A stretch of 64,000 nucleotides of DNA from an uncultured bacterium (GCA_903831595.1 CAIKXY010000004.1:96552-160551), one strand, 5' to 3'. Shown: positions 1-10,244, counted from the first letter of the stretch. Notes: generated by a model from the sequence alone, not told the origin. Numbers and translations are program-made.

Positions 1-3000
1 TTTTATCTGCCTTGGACCAACTATTTCATACTTATTTATACCCAACCAACCAAGTGCACTCCTGAATGCTTGTTGGTGCCTATATGATTTATTTGATGAC
101 CTTGAATAAAAATCTAAAGTTAAATTATCAGCACCGCTTACCCATGTCATAGTTTTTAAAGTTCTATTAATTATAATCTCTATATCAGCAACGAGTTTTT
201 TTACTACCTCTGGGTTATCATAATCAATTTCCTTATTATTTTCTGCAAAATTTGTTGTTCTGAGCTCATCTAAAGGACCAAATTTATCCCACTGTTCAAT
301 TGGTGAAAGACCTCGTTTTATCGCTTCTTCTGCACGACGAGTAGATGTAATTAGTCTAGAAACCACTGGTCCAGCGAAATCAATCGAACGTTTATTTTTG
401 GCACCACGTCTTGCTCCTTTAATTGCTCTACCTAAGTCAACATCTTCACCTACTCCAATTCTTGAATAACCATTTACGGCTGCATAAATACTGGCTTGAA
501 AAGCGAAATTTGCACCAGATGACGCAATTGTGCTTTCATCACCGCGTCTTAATATCACATCTACATATTGAAAAAATCTAGTACCAATGTGCACTAATGG
601 ATTTCTAGCATATGCCTCTAAACCCCAGTCGAGTTGGCCCATGTAAGCATCAGTTTCAGGATTTTTTTCAAATTTTCTAATAAAATTGTCAATATATTGA
701 GTTGCTATTCCTTCATTGTCGGCATCATTACTTAATATTGCAAGTTTTGGAGCATTTTTTCCACGACTGATGTGCCTCTCTAAAACTGCATCGGTGAGGT
801 ATTTTCTAATATTACCAATTTTAGCATCTTGAATTGGAAAAACTTTGTGCATAACTCTAATGTGTAATTCGGGATGGTCCTTTTTAAAACGTTGAATTTC
901 TTTTGCGGTATCATCTGGTAAAATATTTTTACCCTCATAATCTTTTTCGGGCTGATTAACAAACAAAACTATCTCAAATTCATCTTTCTTTGCGGTCTGA
1001 TTTAAATAATTTCCAAGAGTCTTATATATATTTTTACCCTCTTGGTGACCAGCAACTGGAATACATACTGAAAGTCTGCATTTTGAATCCATTGGGCCAG
1101 CTTCTTTTGCTAGCTCGTCTATTGTTTTTATATCTTCAGGACTTTGTCTAGATAAATAATTATTAATTTCTTCTTTCTCATTAAGTTCAGCATCTGGATT
1201 TTCCCTTAAATCTTTAGACATACGATCCAAATAATTCTCTCTTTTAGCATCATTAAATCCATTATAGGTATAACTCAACTCCTCATGAGTTATTGGGTTT
1301 CGCATTTTTTCTGCAAGGGCTCTGCCAAACATGGGGATAGACATAGAAAAATCGACAATAGGAGCGATTTGCTTTGTTGCCTGGCTACCAAGTTCAGTGG
1401 CGATGATATTTACATTATTGTTTCCATCAGGTGCGGTTCCAATAACTTGGGCAACTTCCATAAATCTTCCAGTAAATTGAGCGTGTCCATCAACAATTGT
1501 AAAAAAGTTTTTTCCGACAAAACTATCTGGATCAATTCTGACATGCCCATCAGGACCAATCGGTAATTCAACCACACTATGTTGTGTACCAGAAGAAAGT
1601 GAAAATAGCATTTTAAGTTGGCCGCCAATCATAAGGTCTTTTACTTTTATGGTTTCTCCAGCGTGGAATGAGCCAGTGTTAGTCATATGTGACACATCAA
1701 TATCGTAACCATGCCCACCATTAATGATGCCTGTATTATGAACTCCACCATACTGAATACCAAGCTCGTTATGATCATGGACTTTAGTATTGTTATCAAA
1801 AAACGTATGTCTGTGAACATGAACAAACTCTTTAGGGTGATGTGAAAGGATACCATGAGCTATTTGTTCGGTATGCCCACCATTTATTTGTGTCCCACCT
1901 AAAATATGGTCTTGCAAATTATTATTTTGACCAATTTGTGTTCCACCAGAAATATGCTCATGTAAATTATTATTTTGACCCAAATGACCAAACCATTGTC
2001 TTATCCCCTCAAACGCTGTAACATGAGCAGCTCCTTTATTTACTCCGATAGCATGTTCAATCAAACCTTGTTGGTCTGCATGAAAGAATGATGATACTTC
2101 TTGAAACATACCACCAATAACAAAACCAGTTACTACACCTTTTGTAACAGCACCAGCTATTTTTTTTACTTTTAATTTTTTAAATATACGATCTTTATCA
2201 TCTATGCCACCATTCCCATCATACAAATTTTTATTGTGTAAACTCATTACTGATGCATAAAATTCATCAAAAGTTTGATCTCCTGGTAAAGTCATATCTC
2301 CGCTCTCAACCATATGTCTTAATTTAATTTTTGCTTCAGCTCGAATAACATCAAGGTTAAGACGCTCTTGCTCAACTGATTTATAGTCTGAATATGAAAT
2401 AAGATCAATTTTTTCTTTGTCTGATAATCGTATTCGTGATTCAGCTTCAGAAAGTGCATTTACTGCAGAAAAATAATCTTCTGGAGACTCAACTTCGTCT
2501 GATAACTTTTTGATAGAGTCACATAATGATTTTGATGAAACTGTTTTATATATCGCACTTTCTAATTCAACACGGCGCTTCATGTCCGGTGTCATTTCTT
2601 TACCTTTAGCTCTCTCTCTTGAGTGCTGTTTTCTTTCCTCTGTTATTCTTACGCTTTCTTTTGCACCCGCAATTACTCCAGATAACGCAACCGAACCACC
2701 AAGTGACCAAATAGCAAATGCTTTACTACTTGCAAGTCTCTGAGAAAGTTTAGTGGCAACTGAATATGCAATTGCAACACCAGTAGCTACTGTTGTCTCG
2801 TTTACAAATCTACCAATTCCCGTGGCGTGCATTTTATCAATTATTTTGTCTACAGTATTCATCTTTGCTTCCGTTCTTACACCGGCCTTTGCTTTACCAA
2901 CAATAATTTCTACTTCTTGATCTATTTCATCAATACTAGCACCGTGTTCTATGGCTAACTTTGCCTCCTTGGCAATCTGAAGTAAGTTATCTGTATAGCG

Positions 3001-3624
3001 AACAGTATTTGTCAATTCTTTTCCCTTTAAACCAAGTGTGATAGAAAGAATTTTATTTCTTTCATCACTAAAAGACTTATCATCAATCTTATTTTCGGCG
3101 TATGAACGAATTAAACTGCGGACTAAAGAATTTAATTGTGAGTTATCTGGATCACTTGAATCTAAAATATTTCTTTCTTCGCCGGCTTCAGTGTGTATAG
3201 CTTCATCATACTCAGAAACAAACCTGTCTACTATAGCAGCCATAGCTTGGTCGTGCGCTGTTTTATCTGGATTATTTTCCCCAACATAAATGTTCCCAGA
3301 ATTTTTAATTTCATCTTTTGCTTTGTGATATTCCTTTTGTCTGTAATACTCACGTGCAAGGTTACCCTTCCAGATATTATTTTTGGTATATTCCCATACA
3401 GCAGATGCTTTCTCAGACATTTTTAAATGACGAAAATCTTTGAATTTCTCGCCGAATGTTTTATTTGTATTGGTTTTAGGTGTTGTTAATCTATCCTCAG
3501 CAATATCTTTAGCTTGAGACTCAACAATGTCACCGCTGTCAACAATAGCAATTCTTCTCTTTTTATTCTTTTTGACTTCTGGTTCTTTCTTTGCCTCTGT
3601 CTGGTTTTGTAATTCTGGTGTCAT
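1..3624 (-). CDS. Large multidomain membrane protein, C-terminally truncated by the window edge. It carries a GT2-family glycosyltransferase domain and a His-rich tandem repeat region. N-terminus at 3624.
   Basis: Manual minus-strand translation from ATG 3622-3624 is stop-free to position 1; checked blocks at 361-480 and 1441-1620. The track omits it because no stop lies in the window. GT2 motifs seen: SVCIPV, EIVLFVNQ, DxD as LSNDADNE, and EDVDLGRA (ED-x-D-L-x-x-R). Predicted TM helices near 2750-2650 and 2170-2110. His-rich ~48-nt tandem repeat at 1895-1990. Confidence 0.6.
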   Translation of the reverse strand, partial: MTPELQNQTEAKKEPEVKKNKKRRIAIVDSGDIVESQAKDIAEDRLTTPKTNTNKTFGEKFKDFRHLKMSEKASAVWEYTKNNIWKGNLAREYYRQKEYHKAKDEIKNSGNIYVGENNPDKTAHDQAMAAIVDRFVSEYDEAIHTEAGEERNILDSSDPDNSQLNSLVRSLIRSYAENKIDDKSFSDERNKILSITLGLKGKELTNTVRYTDNLLQIAKEAKLAIEHGASIDEIDQEVEIIVGKAKAGVRTEAKMNTVDKIIDKMHATGIGRFVNETTVATGVAIAYSVATKLSQRLASSKAFAIWSLGGSVALSGVIAGAKESVRITEERKQHSRERAKGKEMTPDMKRRVELESAIYKTVSSKSLCDSIKKLSDEVESPEDYFSAVNALSEAESRIRLSDKEKIDLISYSDYKSVEQERLNLDVIRAEAKIKLRHMVESGDMTLPGDQTFDEFYASVMSLHNKNLYDGNGGIDDKDRIFKKLKVKKIAGAVTKGVVTGFVIGGMFQEVSSFFHADQQGLIEHAIGVNKGAAHVTAFEGIRQWFGHLGQNNNLHEHISGGTQIGQNNNLQDHILGGTQINGGHTEQIAHGILSHHPKEFVHVHRHTFFDNNTKVHDHNELGIQYGGVHNTGIINGGHGYDIDVSHMTNTGSFHAGETIKVKDLMIGGQLKMLFSLSSGTQHSVVELPIGPDGHVRIDPDSFVGKNFFTIVDGHAQFTGRFMEVAQVIGTAPDGNNNVNIIATELGSQATKQIAPIVDFSMSIPMFGRALAEKMRNPITHEELSYTYNGFNDAKRENYLDRMSKDLRENPDAELNEKEEINNYLSRQSPEDIKTIDELAKEAGPMDSKCRLSVCIPVAGHQEGKNIYKTLGNYLNQTAKKDEFEIVLFVNQPEKDYEGKNILPDDTAKEIQRFKKDHPELHIRVMHKVFPIQDAKIGNIRKYLTDAVLERHISRGKNAPKLAILSNDADNEGIATQYIDNFIRKFEKNPETDAYMGQLDWGLEAYARNPLVHIGTRFFQYVDVILRRGDESTIASSGANFAFQASIYAAVNGYSRIGVGEDVDLGRAIKGARRGAKNKRSIDFAGPVVSRLITSTRRAEEAIKRGLSPIEQWDKFGPLDELRTTNFAENNKEIDYDNPEVVKKLVADIEIIINRTLKTMTWVSGADNLTLDFYSRSSNKSYRHQQAFRSALGWLGINKYEIVGPRQIK

Positions 3625-3639
3625 AGTGTTTTCAAATGA

Positions 3640-3945
3640 TTAATTTAACACGTTTGCTAAATACATATTTCTCAATTTTAATAGAGCACCAGCAACAACT
3701 TCGTCTAAATTTTTTATATGTTTACTACAAAATTCTTGGATTTCACTATCATTTCCTTCGTCTATTTTTTTCTCAAAATCAGCAAGCTTATCTTTAGGCA
3801 TATTATGAACCATCTCAGCTATGATAATATTTTCTGCTCTTTCTACGAGGTCGCTCCTTAACTGATCCATTATTTCATGAGACAAACCAGTAATACCTTT
3901 GTCTTTTACCAGTTGAGCTGCGAAATCATCAATGTTGTATTTCAT
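3640..3945 (-). CDS. hypothetical small protein (101 aa)
   Basis: ORF track; immediately upstream of and co-oriented with the giant GT2 protein; no recognisable motif. Confidence 0.4.
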   Translation of the reverse strand: MKYNIDDFAAQLVKDKGITGLSHEIMDQLRSDLVERAENIIIAEMVHNMPKDKLADFEKKIDEGNDSEIQEFCSKHIKNLDEVVAGALLKLRNMYLANVLN

Positions 3946-4103
3946 ATAATAATATAATTAATAAATGATAATAGTAAAATTATATCGCACACATAAAGTA
4001 TTGTAAAGTATGAATCTATTGGCGTAAATACACATTCCTGCCTAAATCTAGCTAGCAATATAGTGAAATCTTCTTATATTTTTCTACAATAAAATAAATA
4101 AGT

Positions 4104-5876
4104 TTATATAAATCCACTTACCTGCAAATCCCAAAGATTTTTGTACAAACCACTTTCTTTGTTTGATAATTCTTCATGTGTGCCATCTTCAACAATTAAT
4201 CCTTTTTCCATAGAAATTATTCTATCCATTTTTCTTATCGTCGAAAGTCTGTGAGCAATCACTATAGTTGTAGAATTTTCCATCAAATGTTTTAAGGCAT
4301 CTTGAATTAATGACTCAGAATATGAATCTAGACTCGATGTCGCTTCATCAAAAATAAGTATTGGTGCTTTTTTTAGGATTGCTCTTGCAATTGCGATTCT
4401 TTGTCTTTCGCCACCAGAAAGTTTAATTCCCCTTTCTCCAACATAGGTATCATATTTTAGTGGTAAACTTTCAATAAACTCATCACAATGAGCAAGTTTT
4501 GCAGCTATTTTTACTTCTTCGTCTGTTGCCTTTCTATTACCATAGCGAATGTTTTCAAGAAGAGTTCTGTGAAAGAGTACTGGGTCTTGTGGAACAAAAC
4601 TAATATTTTCTCTCAAACTATCTTGTGTGACTTTGCTAATGTCTTGACCATCAATATTTATTGTTCCCCCCGTAAGATTATAAAGCCTCATTATAAGTCT
4701 TACTATAGTAGTTTTACCAGCACCTGAATGTCCTACTATAGCAACTTTTTCTTTTGGTCTAATGGTAAGACTTAAATTATCTAATATTTTATTATCTTTA
4801 TTAAATTGAAATGAAACGTTATTAAAATCTATCTCACCATTTTTAACAATAAGAAGTTTTGCATTTGGTAAATCTTCAATTTCATATTTTGTTAATAAAA
4901 TATCTACCATTTCTTTTGAGTCAGCTATGCTTTGGTAAAAATTACGAATAGTTTTATTTAAACTCCATAACTGTTGTGATAGACCGATAATATAAGTTTG
5001 TCCAAGAACAAATGTCCCTAAACTAACCATGCCTACTTTCCAATATTTTATCGCAAAATAAAATACAAAAAATTCCACAATGGTAATAAGAAATACCTGT
5101 ACTACATCGGAAATATTTCCTAATCGCCAAGAGAATAAATATTTTTTTGCTTGGTCATTTGACACATTTTTAAAACCACTTGATTCATAAAAATGACCAG
5201 TAAAAAAAGAGATTGCATTATTATTTGTTATAGAATCTGATAAATAACCGGTTGTTAAGGAATCAGCTTCAGCAACTAATTTATCATATTTAAGTTTCCA
5301 AACTGAAAATATTATACTAAATATTACATAAAAAATAACCCATATCAATAATATAATCGCAAATACTGGTGCTATTAACCAAGTTACAATAATTGAACCG
5401 ACTACAGTTACCACCAGGGGCATAAAATTAAAAACTAAACCATCTATCATATTCTCAAAAGCTCGACTAAAACGTCCGACTTTTTGCACTAGACTTCCAC
5501 TAAAATTATTCGTAAAAAATGCGTGAGAGTGTTTAATTAAATAATCAAAAGAAATCTGTTTTAAACTTGCCATAATTTTAGAAACAGATGGTAAATAAAA
5601 ATATATAGCTATTTGCCAAAAAAATTGATCTACTAAATTAAAAATTAAAATTACAAAAATAATATGAAATAATATTGGTGCCGTTATATTTACATTAGTT
5701 GTTTTTCCTATGACATCAAAGAAATTCTTGTAAAAAAGAGGAACAATCACCATAATAATTCTTGATAGAAAGAAAAATAAAAAAGATAAAAATAATGCCA
5801 ACTTAAAATTTCCAATTCCACGCCAAAATTGGGTAAGTATTTCCAAAATAGTAGTTTCGTTTATTTTTTTGTTCAT
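4104..5876 (-). CDS. ABC transporter, fused permease/ATP-binding subunit (MsbA-like exporter)
   Basis: 6-TM N-terminal half; Walker A GHSGAGKTT, ABC signature LSGGERQRIAIARA, Walker B ILIFDEATSSLD. The track ORF begins at 5903; an internal ATG at 5876 is the more likely start. Confidence 0.85.
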   Translation of the reverse strand: MNKKINETTILEILTQFWRGIGNFKLALFLSFLFFFLSRIIMVIVPLFYKNFFDVIGKTTNVNITAPILFHIIFVILIFNLVDQFFWQIAIYFYLPSVSKIMASLKQISFDYLIKHSHAFFTNNFSGSLVQKVGRFSRAFENMIDGLVFNFMPLVVTVVGSIIVTWLIAPVFAIILLIWVIFYVIFSIIFSVWKLKYDKLVAEADSLTTGYLSDSITNNNAISFFTGHFYESSGFKNVSNDQAKKYLFSWRLGNISDVVQVFLITIVEFFVFYFAIKYWKVGMVSLGTFVLGQTYIIGLSQQLWSLNKTIRNFYQSIADSKEMVDILLTKYEIEDLPNAKLLIVKNGEIDFNNVSFQFNKDNKILDNLSLTIRPKEKVAIVGHSGAGKTTIVRLIMRLYNLTGGTINIDGQDISKVTQDSLRENISFVPQDPVLFHRTLLENIRYGNRKATDEEVKIAAKLAHCDEFIESLPLKYDTYVGERGIKLSGGERQRIAIARAILKKAPILIFDEATSSLDSYSESLIQDALKHLMENSTTIVIAHRLSTIRKMDRIISMEKGLIVEDGTHEELSNKESGLYKNLWDLQVSGFI

Positions 5877-5956
5877 CTTATTTTTCTTTTTTTTACAAAA
5901 CACCAGACGACCTTTATTGGTCGCCTATATAATAAAATAATTTGTATTTTTATAAA

Positions 5957-6184
5957 TTACATCATTAACCTTCTCAATTCATCTTGATGTTTTCGCATTA
6001 CTTCCATCGAAGCTGCGGTTTTACTCTTCCCTTCTTTTACCTTTTGTTCAATTTCTTTAGCAATATTTTCAAAAAATTGTGGGTCTTTTTCAATAGCGCT
6101 CATCATCATCTCCTGCTGTTCTTTAGGAACACCTTTCATTTGAGATTTTATCGCCTGTTTCATTAAAAATGTTTTTAGCCCCAT
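5957..6184 (-). CDS. hypothetical Met/Lys-rich small protein (75 aa)
   Basis: ORF track only; followed by a hairpin terminator at ~5915-5945. Confidence 0.35.
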   Translation of the reverse strand: MGLKTFLMKQAIKSQMKGVPKEQQEMMMSAIEKDPQFFENIAKEIEQKVKEGKSKTAASMEVMRKHQDELRRLMM

Positions 6185-6294
6185 GTTTGTTTTAATTACT
6201 TGATAACTATATATTTATATCATAAATAATGGATTTTTGCGAAGTAAAAATCCATTATTTTTTAATATATGCTAACGTTATAAATATTAATAAG

Positions 6295-7527
6295 TTATTC
6301 ATACCTTAGAGCTTCCATTGGGCTCTTTTTCGAAGCCTGGTTCGCTGGATATATACCAAAGACTAATCCGACCAATCCTGCAACCAAAACTCCCAATACT
6401 GCTGCACTCCATGGAAATACAAAGCTCCAATCAAGTTTAATAACCGATGTTAATATGATAGATATTACATAGGACAAAGTTGCTCCCAAAATAATTCCAA
6501 TAATACCACCAGACGCCGTAAGTATAACTGCTTCAAGTAAAAATTGAGTTAAAATATCTTTTCCGGTTGCCCCAATGGCTTTTCTCAAACCGATTTCTCG
6601 TGTTCTTTCAGTCACTGATACAAGCATGATATTCATAATTCCAATTCCTCCTACCACAAGAGAAATTGCGGCAACTGCAGCTAAAAATGCTGTGAGTGCA
6701 TTCGTTATTGTTGATAAAGTTGCAGCGACATCAGCCGAAGTTGTAACAGAAAAATCATCTTTCGTTGGGTCAGTAATGTTATGTGAGTTTCGTAAGGTAA
6801 TGGTCACATCTTGAACTGTTGATTTAAGATTTGCTTCTGAATCTGCTTCAACAACAATTCTATTATAATATTTTGTTCCAGTTATATATTGTTGAGCTGT
6901 TGTGTATGGCATGAAAACCGTATCATCAAAACTTGAAGAAGCCCCTTTTTCTGGTAATACTCCAATAACTTTAAAGGTATTATTTTTAATTCTTATTTTT
7001 TGACCTATTGGATCATCACCGTCAAAAAGATGTTGTTTAACTTTATAGCCAATTACAACTACAGATGACAAACTTTGTACATCTTGGTCAGAAAAAAATG
7101 TTCCCCTGTCAGGATTTAAACTAAAAATTTCTGGGACAAGTTCACCAGAACCGAAAACAGAAACTTGATAAACATTGCTTCCATAAACCGCTTTTCCGGC
7201 TCCGACAACCATTGGCATTACATATTTTGCATGAGGAACATTTGTTTTATTTTTTATTAATTTTAAATCTTTTTCTTTAAGAGAATCGTTCATCGTCTGC
7301 GATGCCATTGATGGACCAAAGGAAACTTTTCCGGGTAATGTGATAATCGTTGTTGCTCCTAGACCTTTTACTTGCCCAAGTATAAGATTTTGTGCGCCTT
7401 GTCCAAGTGACATAACCAATATAATTGAGGTGATACCAATAACAATACCTATTATCGTCAAAGCTGAGCGCGATTTGTGCGTTGTGAGTCCCGTTACTGC
7501 AGTTTTTATGCTATATCGTAATTTCAT
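6295..7527 (-). CDS. ABC transporter permease, MacB/FtsX family
   Basis: N-terminal TM helix, large periplasmic domain, C-terminal FtsX-like 3-TM bundle; placed with an ATPase and an HlyD adaptor. Confidence 0.8.
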   Translation of the reverse strand: MKLRYSIKTAVTGLTTHKSRSALTIIGIVIGITSIILVMSLGQGAQNLILGQVKGLGATTIITLPGKVSFGPSMASQTMNDSLKEKDLKLIKNKTNVPHAKYVMPMVVGAGKAVYGSNVYQVSVFGSGELVPEIFSLNPDRGTFFSDQDVQSLSSVVVIGYKVKQHLFDGDDPIGQKIRIKNNTFKVIGVLPEKGASSSFDDTVFMPYTTAQQYITGTKYYNRIVVEADSEANLKSTVQDVTITLRNSHNITDPTKDDFSVTTSADVAATLSTITNALTAFLAAVAAISLVVGGIGIMNIMLVSVTERTREIGLRKAIGATGKDILTQFLLEAVILTASGGIIGIILGATLSYVISIILTSVIKLDWSFVFPWSAAVLGVLVAGLVGLVFGIYPANQASKKSPMEALRYE

Positions 7528-7531
7528 ATTA

Positions 7532-8254
7532 TTATTTTATAAAGACATCTGAAGAAACTATTTTTCTATTTGCTACCTGTTCATCACTTGAAATTTGACC
7601 ATCAAGCAATCGGATTATTCTTTGAGCATACTCAGCTGTATAAGTTTCGTGGGTAATAAGAATAATTGTGTGACCTTTTTCAGTATTTAATTTTTGTATA
7701 ATTTCAATAATGGATTGGCCCGATTTTGAATCCAAGTTTCCTGTCGGTTCATCTGCAAAAATAACTTCGGGAGAATTTACAAGTGCACGAGCAATAGCGA
7801 CCCTCTGCTTTTCCCCTCCAGAAAGTTGAACTGCAAGGTGGTGCATGCGGTGTGCAAGCCCAACAGAAATAACTGCTTCTTCAGCAAGCTTGTCCCATTC
7901 TGACTCTGGCTTATCTGAATAAATCAAAGGTAATTTAACATTTTGTAAAACTGTTTCGTGTGGTAAAAGATTGAACGCTTGAAAAACAAACCCCATTTTT
8001 GAATTTCGAATCTTTGCAATTTCTATCTGATCATACTCGCCAAGATTTTTCCCAGAAAAATTATAAGTACCTTCAGTGTGGTTATCCAAAAGCCCAAGAA
8101 TTTGTAGCAAAGTTGATTTCCCCGAGCCGGATGGTCCCATAATGGCCACAAACTCCCCTTTCTTTATTTCAATAGAAACACCGCGAAGAGCTTCTGTTTT
8201 TGTACCTTCGCTGTCATAAACCTTCCAAATATTTTTTGTTTCTATTAGAGCCAC
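7532..8254 (-). CDS. ABC transporter ATP-binding protein (MacB/LolD-type)
   Basis: Walker [10 protein letters not shown], signature [15 protein letters not shown], Walker [12 protein letters not shown]. Confidence 0.85.
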   Translation of the reverse strand: MALIETKNIWKVYDSEGTKTEALRGVSIEIKKGEFVAIMGPSGSGKSTLLQILGLLDNHTEGTYNFSGKNLGEYDQIEIAKIRNSKMGFVFQAFNLLPHETVLQNVKLPLIYSDKPESEWDKLAEEAVISVGLAHRMHHLAVQLSGGEKQRVAIARALVNSPEVIFADEPTGNLDSKSGQSIIEIIQKLNTEKGHTIILITHETYTAEYAQRIIRLLDGQISSDEQVANRKIVSSDVFIK

Positions 8255-8258
8255 GAGA

Positions 8259-9839
8259 TTATAAGTTTGGTGATGCCAATATTTTATCTCCTTCTTTTAA
8301 CCCAGAAATGATTTCAACGTAACCATCAACACCGCGCATACCAGCTTCTACTTTTGTTTCGGTTATTGTTTTTAAATCATCACCACTAAGTAATTTTACA
8401 TATTTCAAAATATCAACCGAGTAAACTGACCTTGTAGGGACAGCCAAAACATTGTCTTTTTGCCCAGTTAATATATCAAGATTTGCTGTCATACCAGATT
8501 TTATTCTTTCATCTGAAGAGGATGCAAATTTTAAAGTAACTTTGTATGTAGGAACATTTTCTATTACAGTTTCTGCAGGATCTATTTTTATAACTGAAGT
8601 TTCAAAAAAAGTACCTGAACCATAAGCATCAAGTGTAGTTGTTGCAATATCACCAATTTTTATTTTAGCAATGTCTGCTTCTGATATGTAAGATTCGACT
8701 TCATATTGTCCGTATGAAATTACAGATAATGCTGACATTCCAGCTTGTATGGTTTCCCCAACTTTTGCAACAATGTTTGTTATTACTCCGTTTATTGGTG
8801 AAGTTATTATGGATTTATTTAATCTTGCCTGAGCTGCATCAACACTTGCTTGTGCCTGCTCAACTGTAGCCTCTTGTGCTTGTAATTGATCCGCAGTTGC
8901 GCCAGTCTTTGTTAAGGTAAGTTGGCTGTTTGCAATATTCAATGCAGATATCGCTGATTGATATTGATTGTCAGTGGTTGATAAATTATTTATTACTAAT
9001 GCCATACTTGATCTTGACGTTGAAACATTTGTTCTCCAAAGAGTAATTGCCGTCTGGCTTATTGAAGAGTTTTGCATTAATTTATTTACGGCCAAAGCAA
9101 GGTTTTGTAATAATAATTGGATTGCAGAAAGGTAATTATTTGATAATAAGACTGCTTCATCAATATTTGAATTCATAGTCAAATCTAGAATTGAAGCACT
9201 CCAAGTTGTTAGAATATTTTCTACATTAGCTCTTTCCGAGACAATATCATTTTGCAACTGAAAATCAGTTTGAAATTGCAAAGACGGACTCATACTTCGA
9301 GGATTTGTGAACATTAAGTCAACATAATTCCTAATAGCATCATCTGATTTGTTATATGCGTCTTTTATAGAATTTATTAAAGTATTTTTTGCATCTGCTA
9401 AGTCATTTCGTGCTTTATCAACTTGAGACTGATTTATAGCTATTTGCTCCGGTGTTGCTCCATTTTGAAGAGATGACAAATTTGCTTCGGCAATTTTAAG
9501 CCCCGCTTTTGCTTGTTCCACTGCAGCAACTAAATCCGCATTCGAAAGTGAAGCAAGATACTGTCCTTGGTAAACTTTGTCCCCAACAGATACATAAACA
9601 TGAGATACTTGACCACCAGTTTCAAAAGAAAGATTTAAATCTGAAAGGGGTTTTACATTACCCGTTGAACTCACAACTTCTACTATATTGTGTCTTGCAA
9701 CAGAAACACTATCAGCAACAGTTGATTTTTTACCGCTAAATATAAGGACACATAAGATTATAACAACAACTACGATTAGCACAGTCCACCATTTATTTTT
9801 TTTAATAAAATTTAAAATGCCAAAAAATATTTTTTTCAT
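8259..9839 (-). CDS. HlyD-family periplasmic adaptor (membrane fusion protein) of a MacAB-like efflux system
   Basis: N-terminal TM anchor, long coiled-coil region and C-terminal beta-barrel-like region; first gene of a three-gene run with 4-5 nt spacings. Confidence 0.7.
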   Translation of the reverse strand: MKKIFFGILNFIKKNKWWTVLIVVVVIILCVLIFSGKKSTVADSVSVARHNIVEVVSSTGNVKPLSDLNLSFETGGQVSHVYVSVGDKVYQGQYLASLSNADLVAAVEQAKAGLKIAEANLSSLQNGATPEQIAINQSQVDKARNDLADAKNTLINSIKDAYNKSDDAIRNYVDLMFTNPRSMSPSLQFQTDFQLQNDIVSERANVENILTTWSASILDLTMNSNIDEAVLLSNNYLSAIQLLLQNLALAVNKLMQNSSISQTAITLWRTNVSTSRSSMALVINNLSTTDNQYQSAISALNIANSQLTLTKTGATADQLQAQEATVEQAQASVDAAQARLNKSIITSPINGVITNIVAKVGETIQAGMSALSVISYGQYEVESYISEADIAKIKIGDIATTTLDAYGSGTFFETSVIKIDPAETVIENVPTYKVTLKFASSSDERIKSGMTANLDILTGQKDNVLAVPTRSVYSVDILKYVKLLSGDDLKTITETKVEAGMRGVDGYVEIISGLKEGDKILASPNL

Positions 9840-9888
9840 ATATAAATATTATATCAGATTTTTACTGAATTTGAAATAAAAAAATTTG

Positions 9889-9962
9889 TGGACGATACTG
9901 GATTCGAACCAGTGGCCTTACGAATGTGAATCGTATGCTCTAACCAACTGAGCTAATCGTCC
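9889..9962 (-). tRNA. tRNA-Val (anticodon CAC)
   Basis: Reverse complement GGACGAT-TA-GCTC AGTTGGTTA GAGC-A-TACGA TTCACAT TCGTA-AGGCC-ACTGG TTCGAAT CCAGT-ATCGTCC-A folds as a 74-nt cloverleaf with a perfect 7-bp acceptor stem; no encoded CCA. Confidence 0.75.
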
Positions 9963-10009
9963 TTTATTTTTTATATCTTTTATAATATACTTTTTTTGTT
10001 AAAATTGAA

Positions 10010-10082
10010 GGGCCGCTAGCTCATTTGGTAGAGCGCATCCATGGCATGGATGAGGCGACCGGTTCGATCCCGGTGCGGTCCA
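10010..10082 (+). tRNA. tRNA-Ala (anticodon GGC)
   Basis: GGGCCGC-TA-GCTC ATTTGGTA GAGC-G-CATCC ATGGCAT GGATG-AGGCG-ACCGG TTCGATC CCGGT-GCGGTCC-A; G3:U70 Ala identity pair present. Confidence 0.75.
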
Positions 10083-10244
10083 CAGGCGTATAAAATATCT
10101 GCATTTATGCTGATATTTAGCCTGTGGAAAGCGTAGCGATGTTTTGTGAGAATTAACGAACAAAACCGCGAGCTGGGGTCGCGAACACTTACATATTTTT
10201 GAAACTTTTAAGATTCAAAAATATTTAGTGATTCGTGATACACA
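10083..10244 (+). repeat. tRNA-Ala-linked conserved element, copy 1. An 8-bp stem (10080-10087 / 10120-10127) encloses an inner hairpin; a 121-nt GC-enriched structured core follows at 10124-10244.
   Basis: 97.5% identical (3 substitutions in 121 nt) to 13764-13884. Internal hairpins include GTTTTG..CAAAAC, CGCGA-GCTGGGG-TCGCG and TTTGAA..TTCAAA. Confidence 0.7.

Noticed and set aside
1-3640. Apparent 3.6 kb ORF desert in the provided track, suggesting a pseudogene, alternative genetic code or non-coding region
   Set aside because: Manual translation shows a single stop-free minus-strand ORF from 3624 to the window edge under the standard code. The track simply omits ORFs without an in-window stop.
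6226-6270. 12-bp AT-rich perfect hairpin (TAATGGATTTTT-N7-AAAAATCCATTA) as a possible mobile-element end or regulatory site
   Set aside because: It is most simply an intrinsic terminator at the 3' end of the MacAB-HlyD operon. A single copy with no partner repeat argues against a mobile-element end.
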